Positions 20,846 to 30,771 of a DNA stretch of 64,000 bases are shown one piece after another. Location: positions 608,001-672,000 of the forward strand of contig CAVRVY010000003.1 in assembly GCA_963724765.1 (NCBI GenBank), given 5' to 3'. The DNA comes from an uncultured delta proteobacterium. GTDB lineage: Bacteria > Desulfobacterota > Binatia > Binatales > Binataceae. The position numbers were made by a program, and so were the translations under genes. Numbering within the stretch: the first letter of the stretch is position 1; each line of letters opens with the position of its first letter. Below the pieces are notes generated by a model. That model had not been told where the DNA came from, ran no database searches, and saw only the letters and a program-made list of their open reading frames with translations.

Positions 20846-21081
20846 ACCGTCCAACGACGGCTCGCGGCCAAGCCGGCTTCACATTTCAGGAAAGAATGGG
20901 TTTGAAATTGAGCTGGCTGAAAAAGCTGCTCGGGAGTTTCTTACTCTCCGGGAGTTTTCTACCAAATGGCGCCGTGATTTTTTGACCCGTGGAAAATCTT
21001 CTCGCCATGCACATCGACCGTCGAATTGCTTGAAATTGCCTCGATTGCCGCTGACCAGCCGCCGCGGCGGGCGCGCGGCGC

Positions 21082-22056
21082 TCAGACGTGGTTGCGCAGC
21101 ATCAGCTCGCGGGGATGCGGCTCGAGATAGGTTTGGCCCTTTAGATAGGCGATATCGAAGCGCCGCACCCAATGACGAATCAAGGTCAACGGCACCACCA
21201 GCGGCACCGTTGCGCGCCGATATTCCTCGATCACTTCGCCAAGCTCGCGGCGCGAATCGACGTCGCAACGATCGCGCAGATAGCCGGCGATATGCTGCAT
21301 CACGTTGACGTGGCGCGCCGGCGTAGCCAGCTTCTTCAGCGCCGTCATGAACTCCGCCGAGTAGCGCTCGCGCAGCTCGGCGCGCTCGATGCGCTTGGAC
21401 TGCGCCACCAGTCGTCCCAGTTCGGCATAAGCGCGCGGCGAGTGCGCCATCAGGGTCAGCTTGTGCGCGGTGTGAAAAGCCACCAGCGCGCCGACGGTCC
21501 ATCGGATGTTGCGGGTCGCGAACAGCGCGCGCATCCGATGGTACGCGAAGACCCGCTCGATGAAATTCTCGCGCAGATTCGGATCGTTCAGCCGCCCCTC
21601 CTCCTCGACCGGCAGATTGGGCAGGCGGCGTATCAGCGCCTCGGCGAACAGACCGCGCCCGTCGCGCACCGGCATCCCCGAGCGCCCATAGATACGTACC
21701 CGTTCCATCCCGCAGCTCGGCGAATCCTTCTTCAGCACGTAGCCCGAAAGATCTTCGCGCTCCAAGGCGGCGGCGCGGCGCTCTGCATAGGCGCTCATGA
21801 TTTCGGTCAGGTCGGCGCCGCTCTTGTTGGCGACCATCCGCACCGCGCCGTCGTCGCCGCGGACGAGCCTTAGACTCTCGCGCGGGATGCCGAGGCCGAT
21901 ATCGACCTCGGGGCAGACGGCGACGAATTCGACAAAATCGCCGAGCGTGCCGGTCAGGAAATCGTTGCGCTTATGGCCGCCGTCGAAGCGCACCTCCTGC
22001 CCCAGCAGACAGGAGGAGACGCCGATGCGGATTGCGTCCGAACCGCGGACATCCAT
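21082..22056 (-). CDS. YbgA family protein (DUF523 thiouracil desulfurase-like + DUF1722)
   Basis: IGVSSCLLG...RFDGGHK, CPEV, KKDSPSCG, YLEPHPRELMLRNHV. Confidence 0.92.
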   Translation of the reverse strand: MDVRGSDAIRIGVSSCLLGQEVRFDGGHKRNDFLTGTLGDFVEFVAVCPEVDIGLGIPRESLRLVRGDDGAVRMVANKSGADLTEIMSAYAERRAAALEREDLSGYVLKKDSPSCGMERVRIYGRSGMPVRDGRGLFAEALIRRLPNLPVEEEGRLNDPNLRENFIERVFAYHRMRALFATRNIRWTVGALVAFHTAHKLTLMAHSPRAYAELGRLVAQSKRIERAELRERYSAEFMTALKKLATPARHVNVMQHIAGYLRDRCDVDSRRELGEVIEEYRRATVPLVVPLTLIRHWVRRFDIAYLKGQTYLEPHPRELMLRNHV

Positions 22057-22090
22057 AGCTCAATGGTAGCGCGAAAGGGCGCGGGTGATA

Positions 22091-22849
22091 TTACGCCAGC
22101 GCGTGCGGATAGCCCGGCGTCAGCCGCGGCATCGCGAGGCCCACGTTGGCGAGCCGCCGCTCGAGCATCGAGAGATACAGCTCCGTCAATTCGCCATTGT
22201 CGCGCGCCTTGAGCCCGAAACGTATGCAATCGTAGCCAAAGCCGCTGCCAGGCGGACCGAAAAAGTTGGCTGCCGCCGGCAGCCATTGCTTAAGCGCCGC
22301 CGCCACCGCCTCGGGACCGAAGCGATCGACCGCGCTTACGAGTTCGCCCAGCGCGAACATCTCGTGCTCAGCCTCTTCGTCGAGGATGCGCTCGGCGGCG
22401 CGCGCATGCGGCGCGTAGCTGGAATCCCTGTAGTTGATGCCGATCATCAGGAGCCCGGTCATATCGAGGCTGAGCGAAGCCATCAGCAGGTCAAGCTCGC
22501 CGGCCACGCTTTTGGCAAAACGCAGCGGCGCCTCGAACGACGGCGCCTTGAGCGCCGGGATCATCGCGCGATCGGCTTCCTCCTGTGTGATGCCGATGTC
22601 GCGCAGCGCCCGGTAAACGAGTGCTGCGTGGTGGCGTTCCTCGGCCAGATTTTTTTCGATAACCCGGCGAAGCGATTCATTGGTCAGCGTCTCCAGCGCG
22701 CGCTGATAGCCGAGCGCGGTCAGCTTCTCCGCAAGCGCGTGCGCGGCGAGCAGCCGGATGAGGCTCTTGGTGTAGTGCGGATCGACGCGGCGGAGCCTTA
22801 CGTCTTCGGCCTCGATCGTGCGCGCGGGAAATTGACGCCCGGGCGGCAT
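22091..22849 (-). CDS. Ferritin-like diiron protein, PaaA/PaaC-like
   Basis: EERHH and EEAEH diiron motifs; SSYAPHARAAERILDEE resembles PaaA. Confidence 0.7.
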   Translation of the reverse strand: MPPGRQFPARTIEAEDVRLRRVDPHYTKSLIRLLAAHALAEKLTALGYQRALETLTNESLRRVIEKNLAEERHHAALVYRALRDIGITQEEADRAMIPALKAPSFEAPLRFAKSVAGELDLLMASLSLDMTGLLMIGINYRDSSYAPHARAAERILDEEAEHEMFALGELVSAVDRFGPEAVAAALKQWLPAAANFFGPPGSGFGYDCIRFGLKARDNGELTELYLSMLERRLANVGLAMPRLTPGYPHALA

Positions 22850-22884
22850 CGTGGTCGTCTCCGTGTTCCTGGCGTGCGCCGCCG

Positions 22885-23331
22885 CTATGCGGCTCGCGCT
22901 CCTTCGCGCGACGGCAGACTCACGGTGGCACTGCCGATGGTGGTCTTCTCGCCCTTGGCATTTTCCAGCCAGATTTCGCAATCGACCAGGTGATCGCTTC
23001 CGGCGGTGTATTTCTTGAGGACCGTGCCCCTGCACACGACCTTGGAGCCCGGCTGATCCATGCCGCGGTATTGCACCGCGAGCTTGCGCAGCCATCCCTT
23101 GGGGCCGGCGAAATCGGTCATCAGCTGGCCCAGAAAGCCGTTTTTGAGCGCGCCATGCAGGATTACACCGGGCAGATTGTTGTTGAGCGCAAAGTCCTTG
23201 TCGTAGTGGATCTGGTAAAAGTCGCCCGAGGCGCCGGCATACTTGACCAACTGTTGGGTGGTGGGATTTTTCTCCAACGCGGGCACTTCGGATCCGGTTT
23301 CGACGTCTTCCCAGTAGGTCTGTTTCGCCAT
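22885..23331 (-). CDS. MaoC family dehydratase (catalytic subunit)
   Basis: YAGASGDFYQIHYD...VILHG hydratase-2 motif. Confidence 0.88.
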   Translation of the reverse strand: MAKQTYWEDVETGSEVPALEKNPTTQQLVKYAGASGDFYQIHYDKDFALNNNLPGVILHGALKNGFLGQLMTDFAGPKGWLRKLAVQYRGMDQPGSKVVCRGTVLKKYTAGSDHLVDCEIWLENAKGEKTTIGSATVSLPSREGARAA

Positions 23332-23366
23332 CGTGGATTCCTCTTTCGACAGTTCTCGCGCGCGGC

Positions 23367-23816
23367 TCAGTACCGGATCACGGTCGAACGCTGCAAGGCG
23401 CAGGGCCGATTGTACTGGTTGGTGTAGCTGGTCTCGACCGTTATGAAGACCATCGCGCCGAGCCGGCCCGTACTCTCGCGGATGTCGGCGATCTTCGAGA
23501 CTACGCTGATTCGGTCACCGGGACGGATCGGCTCGAAATACTCCCACTCCGAGCCGCCGTCGAGGACGCGAAACTCACCCATGCCGATCTTGACTTCCGG
23601 AATCGCGGCGCCGAGCGAGCGGCAGAAGGTTGGCGGCGCAATCATCCCGCCAAAGCGGGTGTTGCGCGCGGCGGCTTCGTCGTTGAAGAGCGGGTTGGGA
23701 TCGCCGATCGCCTCGGCGAAACGGCGAATCGCGCCGCGCTCGACTTCGACCACGCGCGCCTCGCTCTGCATCCCAATCTGCTTGCGCACCTCGTCGGTCA
23801 CATACTTGTTCGCCAT
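23367..23816 (-). CDS. MaoC N-terminal / FAS1-like dehydratase domain protein
   Basis: VERGAIRRFAEAIGDPNPLF, IAPPTF, PIRPGD. Confidence 0.88.
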   Translation of the reverse strand: MANKYVTDEVRKQIGMQSEARVVEVERGAIRRFAEAIGDPNPLFNDEAAARNTRFGGMIAPPTFCRSLGAAIPEVKIGMGEFRVLDGGSEWEYFEPIRPGDRISVVSKIADIRESTGRLGAMVFITVETSYTNQYNRPCALQRSTVIRY

Positions 23817-23910
23817 CGCAAAAGTCCTTGTCGAAATGGTCCCCGGGTTAGAGGCTGTGATATCGCGGTACGCGAGCGCCGCCTTGTTACTCAGTTCACC
23901 CCCCGGTCTG

Positions 23911-24348
23911 TCAATAATCACCGACGATCCGGGAGTGATCCCAGCTCGCCCAGCGCTCCGGATGAAACCGCATCACGACGCGCTTTTGCACCTGGCGCAC
24001 CGCGGCCGGATTGTTCGGGTCCGCGCCGGTCAGGCGCAGCACCTCGGCAAGCGCCGCCGGGCCCTCGATCAGCTCGACTCGTCCGCGGACCATCACTCCG
24101 GCGAGTTCCTTGTAAGTGGCGCCGCTCTCGACCAGCACGGTGGCGCGCGGGTCGCGCCTTAAGTTCACGATCTTCTGCGCGCGGGCGTAACTGGTCATCA
24201 TGATCGCGCCGTCCTTGACCGTATACCACATGGCCACGACGTGCGGATAACCGTCATGGCCGTTGGTCGCCAAAGCGCAACTGTGACGCGCGGTGAGGTA
24301 GGCGAGCGCCTGCTCGGGTGTCATCTTGATCGAATTGCGCTGGTTCAT
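23911..24348 (-). CDS. Pyridoxamine 5'-phosphate oxidase-like (F420-binding split barrel) protein
   Basis: LATNGHDGYPHVVAMWY, QKIVNLRRDPRATVLVE, SWDH. Confidence 0.88.
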   Translation of the reverse strand: MNQRNSIKMTPEQALAYLTARHSCALATNGHDGYPHVVAMWYTVKDGAIMMTSYARAQKIVNLRRDPRATVLVESGATYKELAGVMVRGRVELIEGPAALAEVLRLTGADPNNPAAVRQVQKRVVMRFHPERWASWDHSRIVGDY

Positions 24349-24465
24349 CGGATCTCCCTGCGGCAGGCGGGCGTTTGGCGCGTCCGCGCCCGGTGTTGTC
24401 TAATATGGGGCAGACCAGCGTGCAAGGCGAGTATCCCGTGACCGCAATAGACGGAGGATGTCCCG

Positions 24466-24759
24466 ATGGCGAAACTCGAGAAGGCGGAAATAGAGCGGCG
24501 GCTAAGCGCACTGCCCGGATGGGAATTCAAGGACAATGCGATAAGCAAGCTCTACCGCTTCAAGGAATTTATGGACGGAATCAGGCTCCTCAACCGGGTG
24601 GCCGAGATGGCCGAGGCAGCCGACCATCATCCGGACGTGAAGATAAATTACACTCGTATCACCTTCACCTGCTCCACCCATGACCAGGGCGGTGTAACCG
24701 AGAAGGATTTCAAGCTGGCCTCCCAGATCGAGGATGCGTTCAAGGCCTACGCGAACTAA
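24466..24759 (+). CDS. Pterin-4-alpha-carbinolamine dehydratase
   Basis: AEAADHHPD, STHDQGGVTEKD. Confidence 0.92.
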   Translation: MAKLEKAEIERRLSALPGWEFKDNAISKLYRFKEFMDGIRLLNRVAEMAEAADHHPDVKINYTRITFTCSTHDQGGVTEKDFKLASQIEDAFKAYAN

Positions 24760-24805
24760 TTGTTCTCCGCGGAACAGTTATCCCGTGGGAGGTTTTCGCA
24801 GGGCG

Positions 24806-25447
24806 CTAACCTTTGCGCGGAACGTAGTAGTGCGAACCCGTGCTGGTGCGGTCGATTTCGCGCAGCAGGTCTTCGAGATCGCCCGGGTCGGCGACGAAGT
24901 CTATCTCCGAGCTGTCGACCACCAGCAGCGGCGTCTCGTCGTAATAGAAAAAGAAGTCGCGGTACGCGGCCGAGACCCGCTCGAGGTACTCCAGGCTGAT
25001 ATGCCGCTCGAAGGTGCGGTTGCGCTTGCGCAGCCGCTCGGCGAGAACCTCGACCCGCGCTCGGAGGTAAACCACCAGGTCGGGCCTGGCGAGCTGTCCG
25101 TCGAGCAGGCGGTAGACGCCCTCGTACAGCACCAGTTCGTCGGGGTCGAGGTTGAGCCGGGCGAAGATGCGGTCCTTGGCGAGCAGGTAGTCGGTGACGG
25201 TCGCCTGGGCAAAGAGATCCTGCTGGGCGAGCTGGCGCTGCTGGTTATAGCGGGTCAGCAGGAAGTAGAGCTGAACCGGGAAAGCGTACTTTTCCGGGTC
25301 CTGGTAGAAGCGCGAGATGAATGGGTTGCTGTCGGTATCTTCGAGCACGATGCGCGCGCCGATTCTCAGCCCCAACGCCTGCGCGAGACTGGTCTTACCG
25401 ACGCCTATCGGCCCTTCAATCGCGATATAGCCGCCGCCCCGCCTCAT
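24806..25447 (-). CDS. Deoxynucleoside kinase
   Basis: IAIEGPIGVGKTSL, NPFISRFY, PDLVVYL. Confidence 0.92.
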   Translation of the reverse strand: MRRGGGYIAIEGPIGVGKTSLAQALGLRIGARIVLEDTDSNPFISRFYQDPEKYAFPVQLYFLLTRYNQQRQLAQQDLFAQATVTDYLLAKDRIFARLNLDPDELVLYEGVYRLLDGQLARPDLVVYLRARVEVLAERLRKRNRTFERHISLEYLERVSAAYRDFFFYYDETPLLVVDSSEIDFVADPGDLEDLLREIDRTSTGSHYYVPRKG

Positions 25448-25549
25448 CCGGCCGTCGTGCTGCCAACCGCCTCCTCATCGCGCGGCCGCCAGGGCGCGAC
25501 CCGCAATCCGCCGTCGGGCTCACCAATCCGGTTTCTCCCATCTGGCGCG

Positions 25550-26491
25550 CTAATCGGCCGGCATCGGGAGCGGGAAATGCACCCGCTCCTTGGCCACACT
25601 CAGCAACTTCACTGAGGCTCCGTTATTCGCAAACGCGCCGATTATCTGCTCGACCAGCCATTCGGGCGACGACGCGCTGGCCGTGACACCGAGCGCGTAC
25701 ACGCCCTCGAGCATGTCGGCGCGCACGTCGGCCAGTGAGTCGACCAGGAAAGCGCGCGCGCCACGCATGCGAGCGACCTCGACCAGGCGGTTGGCGTTGG
25801 AGCTCTGCTTGGAGCCGACTACCAGGATAGCGTCGCTCTGCTCGACCAGTTCCTTGACCGCGTTCTGGCGATTCTGGGTCGCGTAGCAGATGTCGTCGGT
25901 CTTGGGCGCGACCATTGCCGGGAAACGCCGCTTGAGCGTTTCCATGATTTCGCGCGTGTCGTCCACGCTGAGCGTGGTCTGGGTCACGGCCGCCACCCGC
26001 TCCGGGTCGGGGACCTCGGCCACCTCGGCTTCCTGCACGCTGCCGACTAGCAGCACGCGGCCGGGTGCGACGCCGAGCGTGCCCTTGACCTCCTCGTGGC
26101 CGGCGTGGCCGACGAGAATCACGCTGCGGTTCTCGCGCGCATAGCGCTCGACCTCGAGATGCACCTTGGTGACCAGCGGGCAGGTGGCGTCGATCACGCG
26201 GAGCCCGCGGTCGCGCGCGCGATCCCATTCGCTGGGCGCCACGCCATGCGCGCTGAAGATCACGCGCTGGCCTTCGGGCACTTCGCCGAGGTCTTCGACG
26301 AAAATCGCGCCCTCCTCCACCAGGGCCTCGAGCACGAAGCGGTTGTGCACGATCTGATGGCGGACGTAGAGCGGACGGCCGTAGGTGCGCAACGCGCCGC
26401 GCACGGCCTCGACCGCACGGTCGACGCCGGCGCAAAAGCCGCGCGGCTCGGCCAGGATTATTTTTTCGACGTGATGTTCACTCAGAGACAT
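25550..26491 (-). CDS. ispH: 4-hydroxy-3-methylbut-2-enyl diphosphate reductase
   Basis: PRGFCAGV, DATCPLVTKVH, DICYATQNRQ, SSNANRL. Confidence 0.97.
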   Translation of the reverse strand: MSLSEHHVEKIILAEPRGFCAGVDRAVEAVRGALRTYGRPLYVRHQIVHNRFVLEALVEEGAIFVEDLGEVPEGQRVIFSAHGVAPSEWDRARDRGLRVIDATCPLVTKVHLEVERYARENRSVILVGHAGHEEVKGTLGVAPGRVLLVGSVQEAEVAEVPDPERVAAVTQTTLSVDDTREIMETLKRRFPAMVAPKTDDICYATQNRQNAVKELVEQSDAILVVGSKQSSNANRLVEVARMRGARAFLVDSLADVRADMLEGVYALGVTASASSPEWLVEQIIGAFANNGASVKLLSVAKERVHFPLPMPAD

Positions 26492-26609
26492 CAGGGCTCC
26501 TGATTAACGCATGCTGGCTGATTCGGTCAACACACCGCTTGGCGAGCATCGCGCTTCCGGTATCAATGTACATCATTACCGAGCTCCCGGCCGACTTGCC
26601 GACTCGCTC

Positions 26610-27329
26610 TCAATGGGCGTGGCCGGGGACCGGCGGATGCGAGGTCTGGCACCCGATCCACACCTCGCCGCCCTCGAAGTATTCCTTCTTCCAGATCGGC
26701 ACGACTTCCTTCAGCCGGTCGATCGCAAAGCGGCAGGCCTCGAATGCCTCTCCTCGATGCGCCGCGGAGACCGCGATCGCAACCGAGGTCTCGCCGATAT
26801 CGACCAGGCCGACGCGATGGCTTATCGCGATACGCACGATTTGCCATCGCTCGCCCGCTTCGCGCGCAAGCCGGTGCATCTCGCCGAGCGCCATCGTCTC
26901 GTAAGCCTCGTACTCCAGGCGGATCACATTGCGGCCGGCGTTGTCGGCGCGCGTCGTCCCGGCGAAGGTGACGATCGCGCCGGCGTGCGGGTCGGCCACG
27001 GCGCGCTCCAGCAGCGCAACATCGATCGGGGTGCGGCCGATCGCAATTGGGCCGATCCATTTCGGATCGCGCGATGGCTCGGCTCCGCCGCTTACGGGCG
27101 GGATGAACGCGACCTCGTCGCCGGGGCGCGGACGATAATCGTCCTGCACATATTCCTGATTGACGGCGAAGCCGACGGAGTCGCGATGGCCCTTGAGCGC
27201 GGGAAATTCCTCCGCCAGGCGCCGCCACATCTGCGCGACGGTCGCGCCTTCGGGGAATTCGCGGCTTAGCTCGGAGGCGCCTGCGCGCTCACGCAGCGTC
27301 GCGAAAAGTTTTATCGTTATCCGATTCAT
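26610..27329 (-). CDS. Fused molybdopterin synthase MoaD-MoaE (MoaX-like)
   Basis: MoaD (KLFATLRE...AFIPPVSGG) in frame with MoaE (GAIVTFAGTTR, LEYEAY, VPIWKKE). Confidence 0.92.
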   Translation of the reverse strand: MNRITIKLFATLRERAGASELSREFPEGATVAQMWRRLAEEFPALKGHRDSVGFAVNQEYVQDDYRPRPGDEVAFIPPVSGGAEPSRDPKWIGPIAIGRTPIDVALLERAVADPHAGAIVTFAGTTRADNAGRNVIRLEYEAYETMALGEMHRLAREAGERWQIVRIAISHRVGLVDIGETSVAIAVSAAHRGEAFEACRFAIDRLKEVVPIWKKEYFEGGEVWIGCQTSHPPVPGHAH

Positions 27330-27359
27330 TGGTGGTTCATTTGCGGTTCGTTGGCGGCG

Positions 27360-27857
27360 TCACAGCTTGAGCAGATGCGCCATGTGGCCAAGTTCGGGGA
27401 TGAGCAGTTTCTCCATCGCCAGCCGGCAGGCGTCGGGCGAGCCCGGCAGCGCGGCCACGATTTTGCCGGCCGCAATTCCCGCCAGCGCCCGGCTTAAAAA
27501 GGCTGCCGATCCGATCTGCTGATAGGAAAGATAGCGGAACAATTCGCCGAAGCCCTCCAGCTCCTTGTCGAGCAGCACGCGCACGGCCTCGATGGTCGAG
27601 TCGCGCGCCGCGATTCCGGTGCCGCCATTGACGACGATCGCGTCGAGGTTTTGCAGGTGGTCGAGCACGGTCTTGCGGATGCGCGCGGGATCGTCGGGCA
27701 GGACCTCGTAGTGCTCCACGCGATGGCCGGCGGCGGTCAGGAGGTCGCGGATGAGACGGCCGCTCTCGTCGGTTTCGGCGCTGCGCGAATCGCTCGCGGT
27801 CAGCACACCCACCTTTAGACTCTTATGGCCGTGGCGATGATGCTCTTGTACGGACAC
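27360..27857 (-). CDS. moaB: Molybdenum cofactor biosynthesis protein MoaB/Mog
   Basis: LTASDSR, DESG, GGTGIAARD, LPGS. Confidence 0.88.
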   Translation of the reverse strand: MSVQEHHRHGHKSLKVGVLTASDSRSAETDESGRLIRDLLTAAGHRVEHYEVLPDDPARIRKTVLDHLQNLDAIVVNGGTGIAARDSTIEAVRVLLDKELEGFGELFRYLSYQQIGSAAFLSRALAGIAAGKIVAALPGSPDACRLAMEKLLIPELGHMAHLLKL

Positions 27858-27923
27858 GGGAAAATTATATCACCACCGCATGTCAGCACGAGCCATTAGA
27901 TACGACCCGTCAGCGACGAGCCA

Positions 27924-28127
27924 TTAGCGCAGCCGCAGGTTGAACGCCTGCGGCCCCTTGTCGCCGGGGCGGACGTCGAACTGCACCTGGTCGCCCTCGC
28001 GCAGGTCCTCGAAGTAGACCTTGGGCGACAGCCGCGAGCGATGGAAGAAAACTTCATCGGTGCCGTCATCGGGCGTGATGAAGCCGAAGCCTTTGTCCTT
28101 GATCACTTTTTTGATCGTGCCGAACAC
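27924..28127 (-). CDS. Cold-shock domain protein
   Basis: KGFGFITP (RNP1), VFFH (RNP2), KGPQA. Confidence 0.92.
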   Translation of the reverse strand: MFGTIKKVIKDKGFGFITPDDGTDEVFFHRSRLSPKVYFEDLREGDQVQFDVRPGDKGPQAFNLRLR

Positions 28128-28234
28128 AGCGTCCTCCCGCGAGGCGGGCCAATGCCCCCCTCTGGAGTTGAGCTTAGGCGAGCCGCGCCGTATGTAAAGA
28201 GGGTCTCGGGGGGGGGGAGGGCGGAGGTCGCATC

Positions 28235-28471
28235 TTGCTCAAGGCGATTGGACTGGCGGAAATTGAGCGCATCTTCGCGATAACCGACGCGCTCGGAATT
28301 TCGCGCGAGGCGCTGGTGATCCCGCTGCGCACCGAGCATCCGGGCCGTGTGCGCAAGCTCGGCGCCGGCAAACTCGAAATCGTGGTCGATCGCGACGCCG
28401 ACTTCGCGCAATGGCTCAGTCGTCTTGAGCCGGAGATTCGGGCGGTCTGGCCGGTATCGCCGCCGGACTGA
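28235..28471 (+). CDS. Small hypothetical protein
   Basis: 78 aa, TTG start with GGAGG upstream, natural composition; 3' end overlaps the convergent biotin-carrier gene by 56 nt. Confidence 0.55.
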   Translation: MLKAIGLAEIERIFAITDALGISREALVIPLRTEHPGRVRKLGAGKLEIVVDRDADFAQWLSRLEPEIRAVWPVSPPD

Positions 28472-28994
28472 GTTCGATAAGGAGCGCGCCGTGATCGACC
28501 ATCTGCCCGGCCACTACGCAAATCTTCGCCACGATCGCCGGGCTCTCGGCGTATAGGGTCGTCTCCATCTTCATCGCTTCGAGCACGATCAGAGGATCAC
28601 CCGGCTCGACCGGCTGGCCCTCGGCGACCAGCACCTTGAGCACTTTGCCTGGCATCGGCGCGTCGATCTCCGGCGCGGCGAGTCCGCCTGCGCGATGTGC
28701 CGTGCGCCCTTCGACGATTACGAACTCGGCCGCGAACGGACCTGCGGCCACCACTATCGAGGAGCGCCGCCGCGCACCCGCGACCCGGACGCGCCGCCCG
28801 CCCAACTCCACTATCGCGCTGCCGTCGGGCATCGGCGCGGCCGTCGCTGCGACCTCGCGCCCATCTATACTAATGCGAATCGCACGCGGAGCGCCCGCAC
28901 CCGCATTGTCCTGCTCGTCTTGCTTGTCTCGGTTGTTTTGCGCGAGCAGTTCGATCTCGAACTCGCGCGCGTCGCCCTGGCGCTTGAGCTTCAT
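28416..28994 (-). CDS. Biotin carboxyl carrier protein
   Basis: APMPGKV and EAMKME biotinylation motif. Confidence 0.92.
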   Translation of the reverse strand: MKLKRQGDAREFEIELLAQNNRDKQDEQDNAGAGAPRAIRISIDGREVAATAAPMPDGSAIVELGGRRVRVAGARRRSSIVVAAGPFAAEFVIVEGRTAHRAGGLAAPEIDAPMPGKVLKVLVAEGQPVEPGDPLIVLEAMKMETTLYAESPAIVAKICVVAGQMVDHGALLIELSPAAIPARPPESPAQDD

Positions 28995-30523
28995 CGTTCG
29001 CCCCGCCTCCACGGCTCGAAGCCCGAGAGCTCCACCCACGGCGAGTGTCCGCCTCGGGCCGTGCGCGCATCGCCGGTGACCGACGATGATAAGCCCGGTG
29101 ACACTGATCGTGCCGAACCGAGCGCCCCGCCGGCAACCATTGCGACCGCGGCCAGCAGGCTCTCGAGCGGCTCGTCAGTCGGACTCCATCGCGCAAAGAA
29201 CTCTTCCACGAATCGCGTCGAGAGCCGCGCGTCGCGAAACGCCTCGCTTGCGATGACGTCGCGCAGGAACGCCGCCGTATTGGTGACGCCGAGCAGTGAG
29301 AATTCGCCCAGCGCCGCCACCATCCGGCCGCGCGCCTGCTCGCGGTCGGCGCCCCAACAGATAAGCTTGCCGAGCAGGCCATCGTAAAATGCGGTGACCC
29401 GAGCGCCGGTCATGAGATGCGTGTCGATACGCACGCCAGGGCCCGCCGGAAGATTCAGGTAGAGCGCCTCGCCGGTGGCCGGCCGGAAGTTATGCTCGGC
29501 ATCCTCCGCATAGATGCGGCACTCGATCGCCACGCCGCGCGGCGCCGCCGGATCGCGGACGCGTTCACCCATCGCGACCCGAAGCTGCTCGGCGACCAGG
29601 TCGCATCCAAAGCGCATCTCGGTCACCGGATGCTCGACCTGCAGACGCGTGTTGGCCTCGAGGAAATAGAACTCGCCGCCGTCGACCAGGAACTCCATCG
29701 TGCCCGCGTTGCGATAGCCGGCCACTCGCGCAACCTTCAACGCCGCCTCGACCATCCGGGCACGCAAACCGTTGTCGAGCCCGGGAGCGGGCGACTCCTC
29801 GATTATTTTCTGATGACGCCGCTGAATCGAGCAGTCGCGCTCGCCGAGCGCAACCACGCCGCCGTGCTGGTCGGCGAGCACCTGTACTTCGATGTGTCGC
29901 GGATGCGCCAGGTACTTCTCCAGGAACACGCGCCCGTCGCCGAAGGCAGCCTTAGCCTCGCGCGCCGCCGCCGCAAGCGCCTCGGCCAGGTCGGCCTGCG
30001 CCTCGACCAAGCGCATTCCGCGGCCACCGCCGCCCGCCGCCGCCTTGACCATCAGCGGAAACCCGATGCGAGCGGCGAACTGCTCGGCCGCGCGATCGTC
30101 TAACGTTTCGAGCCCCGGCACCACTGGAACGCCCGCATCCACGGCCAGGCGCCGCGCCGCGACCTTGTCGCCCAGGGCCGCCATCACGTCCGCTGGCGGC
30201 CCGACGAAAATCATCCCGGCCTCGCCGACCGCGCGAGCAAACTCGGGCCGCTCGGAAAGAAATCCATAGCCGGGATGAATCGCGTCGGCGCCGGTGGCTC
30301 GCGCGGCCTCTATGATAGAGGCGATGTTGAGGTAGCTCTGGCTCGCCTCAGACGGACCGATCAGGCGCGCCTGGTCGGCCGCGGCAACGTGCGCGGAGTC
30401 GGCGTCGGCCTCCGAGTAGACCGCGACGGTGGTGAGTCCGAACAGGCGCGCGCTGCGAATGATCCGGAGCGCTATTTCGCCACGATTGGCGACCAGCAGC
30501 TTGCTTATAGAGGCGCGTTTCAT
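28991..30523 (-). CDS. Biotin carboxylase subunit (acyl-CoA carboxylase)
   Basis: LLVANRGEIA, HPGYGFLSE, GGGGRGM, RLQVEHPVTE. Confidence 0.95.
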   Translation of the reverse strand: MKRASISKLLVANRGEIALRIIRSARLFGLTTVAVYSEADADSAHVAAADQARLIGPSEASQSYLNIASIIEAARATGADAIHPGYGFLSERPEFARAVGEAGMIFVGPPADVMAALGDKVAARRLAVDAGVPVVPGLETLDDRAAEQFAARIGFPLMVKAAAGGGGRGMRLVEAQADLAEALAAAAREAKAAFGDGRVFLEKYLAHPRHIEVQVLADQHGGVVALGERDCSIQRRHQKIIEESPAPGLDNGLRARMVEAALKVARVAGYRNAGTMEFLVDGGEFYFLEANTRLQVEHPVTEMRFGCDLVAEQLRVAMGERVRDPAAPRGVAIECRIYAEDAEHNFRPATGEALYLNLPAGPGVRIDTHLMTGARVTAFYDGLLGKLICWGADREQARGRMVAALGEFSLLGVTNTAAFLRDVIASEAFRDARLSTRFVEEFFARWSPTDEPLESLLAAVAMVAGGALGSARSVSPGLSSSVTGDARTARGGHSPWVELSGFEPWRRGER

Positions 30524-30771
30524 TGCCCGCGAGCGTAGCACATGAGAGCGCGACGCCGCGCTTCAGGGAGCGGTGCCTGGGCAGACGTGAGACCGCGTCC
30601 CGGACCTGGGCGGCGGCGGCGCGGAGAAAAATTTTCGAAGAAAATTTCATCGCGGACCGTCAAATGGATTGATCGTCAGGAAGATTTAACTATCTTGGAA
30701 GGTCCGACGCGCGTGGGGCCGTCCGCCTGGCCATCGCGTCGAAGGAGAAAATCCTGAATGAGGGAGCGCTA

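Noticed and set aside
30629-30647. Inverted repeat AAATTTTC-GAA-GAAAATTT between divergent genes
   Set aside because: Could be an operator, but it is short and low-complexity with no cognate regulator nearby.
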